DNA from: Antedon mediterranea
Taxonomy: Eukaryota > Animalia > Echinodermata
Assembly: GCF_964355755.1 (NCBI RefSeq)
Contig: NC_092670.1
Span: 9,724,201-9,788,200, forward strand
Direction: 5' to 3'
DNA: 64,000 bases
The translations under genes were made by a program, and so were the position numbers. Positions 62,546 through 64,000 of this stretch are shown here, one piece after another; the stretch's first letter is position 1; every line of letters begins with the position of its first letter. The notes under the pieces are model-generated. The model did not search any database and was not told where the DNA came from. It saw nothing but the letters and a program-made list of their open reading frames with translations.

Positions 62546-64000
62546 GAATTAATTATGCGTCACGTAGTCTCGACAAAATAACACGGTTGAAATAATGATC
62601 TCGACACTGAATGATTTCTATTCTCAAGTTTGTTCTTTATTAATTGTCATAAAGAGGAAATATTTCTACTGTATGTCAAAAATTATGCGCATGAAAAATT
62701 TAAGTTTATGTATATGATTACAATTAGAATGATCTCATTAATGTCATATGATAAAGAGTAAATAAATTGACACTTAAATTCTAGTATTAAAATTTGCAGT
62801 AATTTGTTCGATCATGAAAAAGAGTAAATGCACTGTAATTCTAGTTTTATTCTAGTCTTGCAGTAATTATTATTATTATTATTATGGGACTGTTGACTCT
62901 TGTTGTAGTTACAGTAATCGTATTACTTTAGCAGTCCCTGACCAATTCATCTTTGTACATTGTATATTATGCTTTGTTGGTCAAATAAATAAATGAAATG
63001 AAATTAAATTAAATTAAACTTTATTTCAGATTTCTCCATATACAGTACATATAAAAATATAAAAATTTAGCAAAACATTCAAACTATATATAAATATAAA
63101 AAATAATGGGCAGCACGAAAAAACAAACTGAAACACTAATATTTTCAGTCATTTTGTAAATTCAGGATTCAGAATTTAATGATTTTACTGAATGTGACTG
63201 ATGTGTACGCTTACAAATGTACAGTACTGTATGGCTTTATTAAAGGGGAAATAAAGAGGAAATATACTAATGGCAGTTCATTACATTTGCAGGAATAATT
63301 TCATTTGTATAGTATTCAAAATTGTGACATAATAAAAATTGGAATTAATGATCTTATTTTGAGTCTAGCTCTAAAACCAACAATAGCCTTTCTGAAGCCT
63401 TTCTACTTTGCACGTAACATATTGTAATGAAAATTTTTTAACAAAGTAATATTATTATAATTCTTCTACAATCATCTAGAGAACCATGGCAGCCTAAGTG
63501 CAGTGTCTAAAGTTAGTGGCGTAATGTAGGAGGAAAAGCCCCCTGGTTTATGGCATTCCTGGGGCCCTTTAACCAACACTGTAGTTGCATTGAGGCTCAT
63601 CATGTTCTGCGGCCCCTTAAGCTCTGGGGTTCACTGTTACGCTACTTTGTCTAACATTATATTAGCACACTCTTTTTGAATAGTGTACTCAAGTTCTTTG
63701 CATGCATGCTTTGCATGCATGCATTGTATGGTAAAATATGATGGCATACTCTTTCGTCTATTCTGTGCCTGCTGTACACCTGGATAAACTAAAAATAGCC
63801 TTATCTCTCTAAAGAGAGGATGAATTACATTCAGTTAAACACCCCTATCTGATAATGGAACCGTATGCGAATCATACAGTACCTGTACCCTTCTAGTGGA
63901 TGTGTAAACTACTATGAACACCACTGTTGGTTTGTGTATTTTGTGAAAAAAAAGCTTAAAATTTAAAACAAATGTGAAACTGCAAAAGATTGAAACTTAG

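Noticed and set aside
63514-63647. Possible hAT-like MITE (AGTGGCGTAA...TTACGCTACT)
   Set aside because: Short imperfect TIRs and the putative TSD is out of register; too weak to call.

Overview
AT-rich, intron-rich animal genomic DNA with canonical GT-AG introns. The gene content and the F-type lectin/kringle mosaic protein suggest a marine invertebrate, possibly an echinoderm (inference only). Genes reconstructed by hand: (1) the 5' part of a secreted F-type-lectin + kringle + LamG-like mosaic gene on the minus strand, running off the left edge and carrying one in-frame TGA; (2) a complete ANKZF1/Vms1 with 14 coding exons (+); (3) a 2-coding-exon MARCH4/9/11-like RING-CH E3 ligase (-); (4) a complete transformer-2 (TRA2) with 7 coding exons (+); (5) an uninterrupted 538-aa ORF (-) in which a degenerate Roc-like GTPase domain is split by a multi-pass membrane block; (6) an intronless rhodopsin-family peptide-receptor-like GPCR (-); (7) a short acidic ORF with a GTSE1 N-terminal-like motif (+); (8) exons 1-2 of an ERG/KCNH2-type K+ channel (+), whose intron 2 appears to fill the rest of the window. 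Introns and intergenic DNA hold many MITEs, a truncated RTE LINE, Helentron-like elements, a Penelope-like repeat with tandem minimal hammerhead ribozymes, and six micro-palindromes with 7-bp target duplications that resemble P-element excision footprints. Top candidates for novelty: the membrane-split Roc-like protein, and a GAA-rich candidate exon in the TRA2 3' UTR that could be an autoregulatory switch positioned differently from the vertebrate poison exon. All coordinates and homologies come from reading the sequence by eye; no database searches were run.
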